Shown here in pieces: positions 39,165-51,303 of a stretch of 64,000 bases of DNA. How positions within the stretch are numbered: the first letter of the stretch is position 1; each line of letters begins with the position of its first letter. Source of the DNA: Dipteris shenzhenensis (lineage: Eukaryota). A program made the translations under genes and the position numbers. Under the pieces are notes generated by a model that was given only the letters and a program-made list of their open reading frames with translations, was not told the origin of the DNA and made no database searches. The stretch lies in the NCBI GenBank assembly GCA_047967505.1, contig CM106538.1, one strand, 5' to 3'.

Positions 39165-39502
39165 AGGCTTGATGTACATGCTCTTGCACTTTTATTCTCT
39201 CAAAGGATCAAACATGTATGAAAATGAAAAAAATTTTGTCATTGGGAAAAACTATCTTTTAAGGTCAGTATAGGAAAAAACACTCTCTGTAAAACGTCGC
39301 TATAGGAAACTGTCTCAGTGTCGCTATATAACGAACATTCACAATCTGATAAGTGTTATATATAGCGACTTTAGACAAGCATCGCTATATAGTGACATTT
39401 GTCTGTTAACAATTAATCCCTCTTCCAATACCAACGATTAGCACACCGTGCACGCTAAATGTCGGTACTTAAGCATCGCAATAGGGTTCGTGTGTAGTAG
39501 TG
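39165..39502. mobile_element. CACTA (En/Spm) transposon right end
   Basis: Ends in gtagtagtg (reverse complement CACTACTAC). Subterminal gtcgctata/tatagcgac repeats in both orientations. Homologous to 44160-44430. Confidence 0.75.
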
Positions 39503-39949
39503 ACTCTCCTATATGGGGAGCAGTGTTCACAAAAAAACTGCAATGCCTGACAATGGAAAATGAAAATTTGATGTTTCACCTAATAGTTTCTTATTTGCAA
39601 GTTTATGGAAATTGTTATTGTATGTGTTTCCTAGGGATTTAAATTTGCAAGATTGAATTGGAAATTTTATGAATTTACATTGATAAGACATGCATGTTTT
39701 TTAGTGCACTACATTATAAAATCAAGTTTTTTAACGTTTGCATGGCTACATATATAAAGACCTTGAGTGTATGTTGTAGAGAGAAGAGAGCAATGGAAGA
39801 TCATCATTTGAGGAGGAGGATCAAGAGAACCTCGTCTCCCTTGTAGCCTATAGGGCTTTGCCACATTAGCTAAGCCACCTCTAAACCCAAAACATTGTTT
39901 CATTAGTGCAACTGTGTAATCTTTGGGTGGTGTGTCAGGGCGAGATATT

Positions 39950-42360
39950 GGCAATCTCAATCGCCACTCTTGATCCATTGTTTGCATGTACCAGTTGCTT
40001 GCTACTTGCTTGTCATCGCACTTGCAGTTCTCTTGAGTGCATTCGCCTTCTAGTTCTCATCAGTGTTCACTGTTATCTTGTTTCTTCTCCTTCACCTCGC
40101 CATGGGGATGGCTCATGCTCAATTTCTCCCTCTTCTTCCATTGGTGTATATAGATTCTCAATTGATTGATGCTCATCTTCAGCGACTACGGATTTGTAGT
40201 TTTAGCAGTATCGATTGGCAGAGGGTGGCTAATCATCCCATCAGCATCGGTGCTTTGCCACAGCAGTTGGCAATGAGAACTATTGTGGAGTTTTTAAATG
40301 AGCATTGGGAGCTAATTCTGCAATTGATTCATCAACGTCTCTTTTTGCCTATGGATGGAGTGATGATTGTGCAACCAATGTGTACACCAGCGATGATGGA
40401 GGCGGAGTTTGGAGCTCCTACCAAGGGCAAATACAAGCTGAGTGAATGTTCAGATGCTCAGATGAGGGACCCGTATCGCTGGATTCTCGAGTCAATGTTC
40501 TGGCATGCCAAGACGTATAGCATCACGCCTTGGACTCAAGGGATGATAGATGTTGTTGAAGAGAGGACGGTGCCATGGGCATGGATCCTAAAGGAGCAGA
40601 TTGATGCAAAGGCTTTACGGGTGGCAACTCATGTGGATAAGAAGCAGGGAGGCAATTCCAAGATTGGGAAGGTTCTGGAGATTTTGTTTCCCATTCATTT
40701 GGAGTCGACAGCACTTAGACGGTCGACTGCCTTGGTGCTCACTCTTGCACTTGAGGGGCCTGCCTAGGATGAAGTTGAGGGATCGTTTGGTGGAGTGGCT
40801 ATGAAACAATGATGAAAGAAGCCTTGCCTTAAGTAGCGGGTGGTATCTCCCCTTGCATCTTCAACTCCTGTACATATTGGTGGTGTTGGAGGCATTTCCA
40901 CTAGTGGAAAGGCGACGACATAGATTGCTGTGTCTACATCGATGGCGTTACCAATCATGGTAGAGTGGGTGACGGTGACTCCAATGTCTACTACAGTGGT
41001 GATCCTAGGCACGATACTCTGGTGGTGGGAGGTTCCCTGACGCAACGGTGGATGGAGCAGGTTCAGTAGAGTATAGCAACAACAATTGCGGTGACTACTA
41101 CAACATCAGTGGGCTGTCGTTGATGCAGTGAGGGTGTTGGCAACAGAAGTGTTAACGATGATCTCGGAGTTTGTGGGTGTATCACCAGTGTCTTCTACCA
41201 GGTTCAATTTTTGGTCGCAATCTATGCATATCTAGCTGCAGTTTTGTTTGCATTTGCTCATGTAGATAGCTTCACAAATTGGTACGGGGGGAGAATCTAC
41301 TAGAGTGACCAGTCTAGAGGCAGAAGTCACGCAGTTGCGCATGGAAAATGAGTCTCTGTGAGGTCAGCAAGAGCGAGTGCGGCAACTAGAGGACCGGATG
41401 TCAATCCTTGAAGCCAGAGTTTAAGTGGCGGAGGCACATTCGGAGGCCATGTAGCATCGAGTGTTGAGCAAGAGTTGCTACATCGACGTACTACTGATGC
41501 GCTAGCAGAGTATTTGTGGGATTTTTTGAGGAACATGAGTGTTAACATGGAGCAGATGGGCTCACTCCTAGAAGCTCTTTAGGGTGATGTGAGGGTGGAA
41601 TGGGATAGGCAGGTGGCCAGATGGAGTGTGGCTATTGTTCCACAAACCTATCGAGAGCTGGTTCTGCATGAATGACAAACCAGGACAGATGGAGATGCAG
41701 GCACTGGTGCGGGTTCTAGTCAGCAACAAGGTCTGTAGCTATCGACTAGTTCTAGACCAAAAGAGTCTAGCACTTCTTCGGGTGGCGGTGGTACGGATAA
41801 GGGAAAAGGAGTGGTTGCGGAGACAGTGCAAATTGAAGAGGATTGGCAAGCCAAATATGAAGAGCTGGCATAAGGCATTGTGGAAGTCGTTCTCTATAAT
41901 AGCAAAAGAATTGACGTGTTGAAGCAACAGAGGCGTTCACTTTGTTTGTGGTTGGAATTGTGCACTCATTCTTTCAGTCTGTCATTGCCTCCTCGTCCTC
42001 CTTGGTGGAAAGAGGCAGATAAGTTTCTGGGGAAGTATTTTAGTAAGCACACACCTTTTCCAAGGTTACCAGATCCCCCTTCCTATGAGCCAATGGTGAT
42101 TCAAAGACGTGCGATGGCACAGGAACGATGGCAATAGCAATTACCACTGGGTGCATGGATAGATGAAGTATTACCCACAAAGCAGTGGCATGAACAACAG
42201 GTAGTGAATAGATCCAAGCCTCATCGATTGCAATGGCTGATGGATCTGGAGCAGGATCAAAGATTGAAGATGTTCATGTGGAAGCGACAGTTAGAGACGA
42301 CTGCAGATGCTGCTTCGAGTGGAGTAGCGACAGTTGTCGACAGAGTTACCTAAGAGTAGT
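39950..42360 (+). pseudogene. Decayed long ORF of unknown, probably TE-borne, protein
   Basis: A 234-aa open segment (40063-40767) is followed by further coding-like segments with scattered stops. No introns or recognised domain. Confidence 0.35.
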
Positions 42361-43784
42361 GATGCGGGACTGAGATGCGGGACTGAGCAAAAGGGGTGGC
42401 ATTATTGCGCCTGTTCAGTACATATCTAGTTCAAATGAAGAGTAGAACTATGACGATGGCTGCAGAAGGGCCTTGCAAAATAAAGTGTCGTTGTGTAGCA
42501 AAGCACATACGTCACTATAGTGGTTGCTTTTGGACAGGCAACATCGAAGATGTCCGAAATGCAGGGATGCTTTTGGATAGGGAGGAGAAATAAAAAAGGA
42601 CCTTCAGATAGGCATTGCGACTACAGAGAGTGGATGTTATTCTGATTGTTTTTCGGAATGAGATACTTGGTAATTCTTGTGTACTAAGTGAAGAGAGAGA
42701 TTTAACTTACCACACCTAGTTCTCTGTCGAGGCTATGCCTAAAATGATTGTTGCACACACACTTTGCACTGTGTAAGGCATTTGACTTTAATCTGGGGAT
42801 GTGCATGTGTGGTTCGCACAATACACCATGAGTGCCATGTGTTATTGCATAACCATGTGGGTTAGCAGTAATGACCTGGGGTGTGCGAGGGTAGGTTAGT
42901 TGTAAGGATTGAGGTTCAGATCTCCAAGCGGTTGTAGTCTTCAACGGCTATTTCTCTAACCGTCAGACAGTTCTGTATGCGTGTTATTACTAGCATTCCG
43001 AGATCATTGTGTACACAGATGTTGTGCAAGCTATTGCTCCGAAATACAGTATTCTTAAGTGTTCTATCTCTTGCATATTTGTATTCCGTTCTTGTGGATA
43101 TTGCACATATCATTTGTTTATTGCTTTCCATAGCGTCTGCGTGCATTCATTGATGTCAATCTCAGGTAACTCTATTGGCAACTGTGTCACCGCTCCACTC
43201 GATGCCATGGGCATTATGAGCAGGTGCATACTAATGATTTAATTAATCCAATGCTTTTGTTTTTTAAGATCAATTGGTACATGTTTGTATCTACTTTTTT
43301 ATCTAATCAAAAACTTCATCATTATGGAAAAGTATACTTGTGTAGTCTTGATACTTGTCCCTTACTATCTTAAAACTTATCATCACCTCTGACCTTTCTT
43401 GCTTTCCCCTTGGTACAATTGCAATCAAGAATTTGTAAACGTCAAAAAGATTCTCCGCTTTCGCTTTAGTAGTAGTTTATTTGAGAGTGGTCACAGGAGC
43501 ATTAAAAGTTTTCCATATGGTCCTAAGCTTTGACTAACATCTCTAAACTTGAAAGCGATCTTTCGAAGTGCATGAATGTCATGATTAAGTATTTCTGACT
43601 TAATCAAATATTTTTTCTTGTTTTTAAAGATACAAATGCTTGCAGAATAGTAGTGGATATAATTGATGGCATTTGGCACCCATCTTCAATATAGGTGGTT
43701 TTTCATCTAGATCGTTCTCATCCAAGATGGTGGTATGTGATCTAAGTTACACCACAAAGTAAACAGAATTTTTAAGATAGAGAT

Positions 43785-44078
43785 GTGGATATGGATATGC
43801 CACTACCAATGCCATATCCAATTGATCCAGATGGATCTAGCGAAGAAGATGAAGATCACAATATGAGCCAAGAAGAAGATGCACATAATGACATCGTACG
43901 GGAGGAAGATGGAGATCACGATATTGAGGAAGAAGATGACGATCAAGAATCACTCGACTTTATTGAAGAACGGGAATTACAAGATCAAGTCTTAGGTGAA
44001 CATACAATGCCAAAGTACGATGATGATATAGGAGATCAACTGGTTATAGAGTTGGAGATAGACTTGTTTGGCGCATAG
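43785..44078 (+). other. Acidic low-complexity ORF fragment adjoining the CACTA end
   Basis: D/E-rich with repeated gaagat...gatcac units, directly upstream of the CACTA right end. Confidence 0.4.
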
Positions 44079-44159
44079 GACCTGGCTCAGGATGAAGCCA
44101 TTGATGTAAATTCTCTTGATTGATTTTTTTCATCTCAAACTTGGACATGAATATATGAG

Positions 44160-44430
44160 CTTCAAACTTGATGTACATGCTCTTGTATTTTTATTCTTTC
44201 AAAGGATCAAACATATATGAAAAGAATTTTTTTTGTCATTGGGAAACACTCTCTATTAAAGGTTGGTATAGGAAAGCTTCACAGAGTCGGTACATACTGA
44301 CCATTACACTTCTGTTATTAGTTGCTATATACCAACCTTATTAATCTCATCATACGTACCGACGATTAGCGCACTGCACATGCTAAACACCGACGCTTAA
44401 TCATTGGAACAAGGCCCATGTGTAGTAGTG
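44160..44430. mobile_element. CACTA transposon right end (second copy)
   Basis: Shares cttgatgtacatgctcttg...caaaggatcaaacat...gtcattggga...gtataggaaa and cgattagc with 39165-39502. Ends tgtagtagtg at 44430. Confidence 0.75.
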
Positions 44431-45324
44431 TCATTTAATTGTGATCATCAGGATTTAGTTTTGATTGAAGAGATACTACCCTTCTCTCTTCATCTAGATG
44501 TAGCTAAAAATGTGAATGGGGTGATAAACTTTAATGCATATGGTCAACAACCACTGGAATTTGGTATCCCCATTATATGAATGTAATTCTTGAACGGAAT
44601 ACAATCAAGATTCAAGGAGAGAAGGGCACTTCTTCAACCAAGTCTAACATCAGAGGTGATGAGCATCAAAAGGCTATGATTAGAGACTAAACACTTCTTC
44701 TACAATAGTATTTTTTCTTATGTTTAGTCTCTAGAATTTTGATTACATCTTGTATTTGTGATTTTTACTAGATTCAAGACAAGAAAAGGTGAACTGTGTG
44801 TGATTAGAAGACAAGAAAGGGAGAAGTATGTGTGCTATGCAAATATACTATTTATCACAATGACTTCAAACCCTGCACTTTGCCACTCTACGTTTGGGAT
44901 TTTCTTTATGATCGATGATTCAATGATTAATGGAGTTGGCCTTGGCTTATTTGCACTAAAAACCATAGAAAAAAAAAACTATTATAACATACGAAGGACT
45001 AAAGTATAAATATTCGAACAGAAGGACTCCTAGCTCATTAAACCACTGAGCACTAAAGGACACTATTGTTGAGGATCCAAGAGTTGATCTTGAAAAGAAT
45101 AAAGTATACATTGTTGGTGATGTACATGATGGTAATGTGGGGGGCTACATAAACAGTTCTAAGAAGTGCATGGAATAGGAGAATGTATGCTATGCATAAT
45201 CACAACCCTAGAACCATGGTATTCTTATGAGTTTGATAATGATACTTCATATGGAAAGATAACTATACAAATAACTCGTGATATTAATGCAACCAAGGAA
45301 CTACTTGCAAATTATGAGATCTAA
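44431..45324 (+). pseudogene. Repeat copy 2: NIF-phosphatase C-terminus, a CxxC exon and a decayed SET domain (44911-45324)
   Basis: 44431-44690 and 44700-44890 are inverted homologues of ~20550-20810 and ~20090-20245. SET motifs: IDDSMINGVGLGLFALKTI, IITYEG, DGNVGGYINSS..ENVCY, GKITIQITRDINATKELLANY*. Two frameshifts and stops. Confidence 0.75.
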
Positions 45325-45983
45325 TTGATTTTTTCATGTTTTAATGAGAGGAATCATTTCTTAAACGCTTTTTTATTGGGCATAAATTGTAAGATTTTAA
45401 TTGTTTCTAGATACTAGTTTTAATGATGCACTCCATCTATTTTTTAAGTGTTTTGAAATTAAGTAAATTCTTCATATTACTAACATGATCCTTATCATAG
45501 TGACACTTGTCTAGTACAGCGTGGTGCATGAAGTTTAACCATGTAAGATTTGATTTGGCCATGTGGTGTAATCAACTATATTTCCACAATATGTGCACAA
45601 TTTCGAAGTACATTGGGTGACTCTATTGATTAATTTACTACTTTAATTTATGGTTTGTATAGTGCCATGGTAAAAAAATATCTTGGGAAATTCAGGAATT
45701 AAAAATAAGCATTGGGAGATTTTCAAATTTCCCAATAGAGTGTTTTGAAAGGATTGCATCAGTGATTATGTCATGGCAAGACCACAAAGTAAGATCCTCA
45801 TCAATAAAAATATGTTACAAAGTTGTGTGGGGATTTGCATTATGTGGGACTTGCATGGGATATTTTGGGAAAAAAAAACTACAAATAAGATTGTTTACAA
45901 ACTATGACCACGTGAACATGCCCATTGATCATGGACAAGCAAGATTACCCACTCATGCCTATTCGAGGGCCCAAATGCATCTA

Positions 45984-46210
45984 ATGCAAGGGGGATAAAC
46001 ATGAAGACAAGTTACAACTTGAAGCTTTTGTGAAATTCCATATAACAAAGAACATCAAAGCCAAATGCATCCAATGCACCCAAATTCATCCAATGCACCC
46101 AAATTCATCCAATGCAAGGGGGATAAACATGAAGACAAGTTACAACTTGAGGCTTTTGTGAAATTCCATATAACAAAGAACATCCAACGTGGCCAAATGC
46201 ATCCAATGAA
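45984..46210. repeat. Tandem duplication (~128-bp period) upstream of OPR
   Basis: atgcaagggggataaacatgaagacaagttacaacttga.gcttttgtgaaattccatataacaaagaacatc occurs twice. Confidence 0.9.
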
Positions 46211-46349
46211 CGGGCTAAACATGAAGTCAACTTGAATTTCCATAAAACAAAGACCATCCAATGTGGTAGGCGCTTATTCATGGTTGGACCGCGTTCTACT
46301 TTAGGGGGCAAAATGGTTGATTTACGATGGTGAATTTGGTCTCCTCCTC

Positions 46350-46356
46350 TATTTAA
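46350..46356 (+). promoter_or_regulatory. Candidate TATA box of the OPR gene
   Basis: TATTTAA ~170 bp upstream of the ATG, followed by a CT-rich leader. Confidence 0.4.
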
Positions 46357-46522
46357 GAAGAGCCTCTTCCTCTCAAATTTCAACGCTCTCACAAGTCGCC
46401 CTTCATCAACACTAGCCTCTTCAGTCTCACGTTCCTCACACGCTACAGCATTCCTTAGCTCCTCTCCAAACTAGCTCAGCCCTCCTCCTCACCCCTCCTT
46501 TTCCCGCCACCCTCACCTTAGA

Positions 46523-48172
<1,650 letters not shown>

Positions 48173-48982
48173 GGGCAATCTGTTCCGTCAAAGTCTGCGG
48201 GGGCCAATCTATGGACCTTTGCATACGATCCGTGCTCTTGCAGAAAACGTCCCCCGTGACATAATGGTGTAATCTCCATTTTTGGCCTCGCACTTTTAAA
48301 GTGGAAGCCTAAGGAACGATGCGTTACCTGTGAAAGCGAAAATGATTGTTTTGTTTATTTGATGGAAATTATAATCGCGCTTGTTGTCCGTTCTCTGTAG
48401 TCCATGTGCCACCCAAGTGTTGCTATGCCATTCTTGGATTTCAGCCAATGAAAATCGTTGCATGGCTTTCCCTCCTCGAGTCTCCATGGCTTTCCCTCGT
48501 TGCATAAGTCTTTCATCCCAAGGAACCTGCAATCGTTCCTTCATCCCCTGCATCGCCCTACTGGTTTTAGACGAACCTTGTTTCCTCTTTCAGTTGCAGT
48601 GCTAGGTGTCGTTGCACCCACAGCTTCACTGACATCCTCGATTGGATCAATGAAATGATTTAGTTGTCCACTGCCTCCCAAGGAAAGTCTCTTATCAAGT
48701 TCGGTTCCTCATTCGACGCTGTGTTTTCAAGCTTCCATTTGTCCACGTACAAATTGAAGTCGACTCCTTCCTCCCGAAACGTCAACAAACATCGTAGCTG
48801 GTGTTTCCACGGCATGCAACTGACTTGCCATTCAAAAGGAGGTGATGATTTTCTCTCAGGTAATGGAAGTTTCCTCTGTTTTGTCTTATTCTCGGCTTTT
48901 GCATCTGTAGACTCAAAGCACCCACATATATAGATCTCCTGATAGATTGACCTGGATGGTGCAATCACGAACCGGACAAATG

Positions 48983-51303
48983 AGGGAAGCCCGTGAAGCC
49001 CATCATCGTCACTGGTTATAGCAACCCTGATTCCTTAGCATCCAGTCTCCGTCCTCTACTGTTTCCAGCACGCCATCAAAGCTTCTCACACAGGAGCACA
49101 TGGTTGGGAGGAAGCGCCCTCTATTGTATCAGTTTTACAGTAATCAAATCTTTGATTCTCCATACTATCTACTTTTCTCTCTTGCATATGAGATCCTATT
49201 ATCTATTGAGCACAGACGTTGTATTGTTTTCTTGCATGGGTGTTTTCTTGCATGGTATTAGAGCTTGGGCTCTAGCAAGAAGATTTGGTAGTGTGTTTCT
49301 GTTTGCAAGCAGATTGTGAGAGATGGCCTAGCCTGCAAGACTGTGAATCCCACCATTCGGCGAAAGCGGAAAGTTGGACGGCACTAACTATCCACTTTGG
49401 AAGCTTAAGATGAAGACCATCCTAAGCGCATACGAGCTTTGGGATACTACTACTGGGGTGGAGGTGAAGTCGGTTGCGAGACCAAATCCAGCCAATGCAG
49501 GAGAATAGATAGTACCAACTGCGGATCATATTCTCGCATGGACAAGAAGAAATGCAGATGCGCTGTGTTCTACTGTCTGCAATGTAAGTGATTCTGTCAT
49601 GGCGTTAACATGTCACCACAGTGAAGGAGGCATGGACGGTCTTGACAAATCAGTATGAGACCATGAATTAGATGCAAATTCAGAATCTGGAGACTCAACT
49701 GACGAAAGAGAAACTTTCTGAGTCTGAAACGATAGAGAAGTTCATCACCAGGGTGAAGAATCTGTGCGATCAGATGACTGCGATTGGCATCACCATCACC
49801 AGCGAGAATCTAGCACGAAGGTGCATACGGATTTTCCCACCAAAGTATGACGGTCTTTGTTATGACGCTGAATACGTAGAATAGAAATCCGGCCCTTAAC
49901 TTTGAGGATTTCAGTGCGATGCTTCTGGAGGAGGAGATGCGTCAAAAGACGAGGACTGGAGGAGATGCATTAAAAGACGAGGACTGAAGAAGATTCAATT
50001 TTCTCAACTGGATCAAAGAAAGGTAAGGGTAAGGAATCTGGTAACCCATCTTCTTCTAACGATAGAAAGAGAAAGAAGAAGATCAAGTGCTTCTATTGCA
50101 ACAAGGTAGGGCACAAGCAGAATGAGTGCCGGAAGAAGATTGCAGATGCAAAGAACAAAGTAAAGAAAGAGTCCAACAATAGTGCACAGGCAGTACCAGT
50201 AGAGCTGTTTATAGCAATTGAGGAGATTTGCATAGAGGCAGTTCATGTACCTGCGGATGAACCTTGGATTATTGACAGTGGTGCATCGCGCCACATGACC
50301 AGTCAGAAGGATTGGTATATCTCTCTACATCCGGTAGGGAATGACATCCTGGTAGGAGTTGTCAACGATGCAAAATGTCCAGCAAAAGAAAAAGGTACGA
50401 TTGCTCTCAAGTCAGATGGAGTTGTAAAACAGTTGTTCGATGTTCTTTATGTGCCAGATATTAAGAGGAACTTGTTGTATGTTTTTGCGATCATGGATCG
50501 GGACCTCAAAGTTCACTTCGATAAGAATGGCGCACAAATTTTGGATCTTCAAGGGAAGGTCATTGGTAAAGGTACACGGTGCAATAACATCTACAAACTC
50601 TCAGCTTTCAGTGCTCAAGCTGATGTGAGAAACACTAAGCTATGGCATGAGAGGTTTGGTCATCTAAACCTTAGTTCTTTAAAGGAGATGCATAAAAGTG
50701 GAATGATTGCAGACCTACCAGAAATTACAAATATGCCCGATGTATGTGAAGCTTGCATGATGGGCAAGCAACATCGGCAGCCCTTTCCTAAAGAGGCCAG
50801 CAGGGCAAAGGCTCCTCTAGAGCTCGTTCACACGGACCTCTGAGGAAAGATGGAGACGGAAGCTTTGGGTGGTTCCTACTACTTCATGATGCTAATCGAC
50901 GACTACAGTAGAAGGATATGGATATACTTCCTGAAGACTAAAGATGAGGCTTTTGGTAAGTTCAAAGAATGGCATGTAATGGTCGATAAAGAAACGGGGA
51001 GGAAGGTGAAGAAGTTGAGATCAGACAGAGGTGGTGAGTTCACATCAAGTGAATTCAAAAGTTACTGCAAAAGTCATGGGATCAAGAGGCAAAAACCATG
51101 CCACATACATCACAGCAAAATAGAGTAGTAGAGTGCAAGATGCACGTCATCTGCGAAATGGGCAGGAGTATGATGAAAAGGAAAGATTTGCCAAAGACTT
51201 TCTGGGCTGAAGCATGTAACACAACAGTTTACATTCTGAATCATAGCTACACGAAGGCTATGAACGGGATGACTCCACTGCAAGCCTTTTGTGGTAAGAA
51301 ACC
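48983..51303 (+). mobile_element. Ty1/copia family 3, outer element, left part (partial 5' LTR, PBS, gag, PR, INT)
   Basis: The LTR 3' part ends ...ttttcttgca at 49252, followed by PBS tggtattagagc (49253-49264). gag LDGTNY.LWK, knuckle CFYCNKVGHKQNEC, PR WIIDSGAS, LWHERFGH, INT LIDDYSR/SDRGGEF. Confidence 0.92.

Noticed and set aside
48296-48968. Minus-strand ORFs between OPR and the copia LTR
   Set aside because: Coding-like, but no recognisable motif or consistent splice model.
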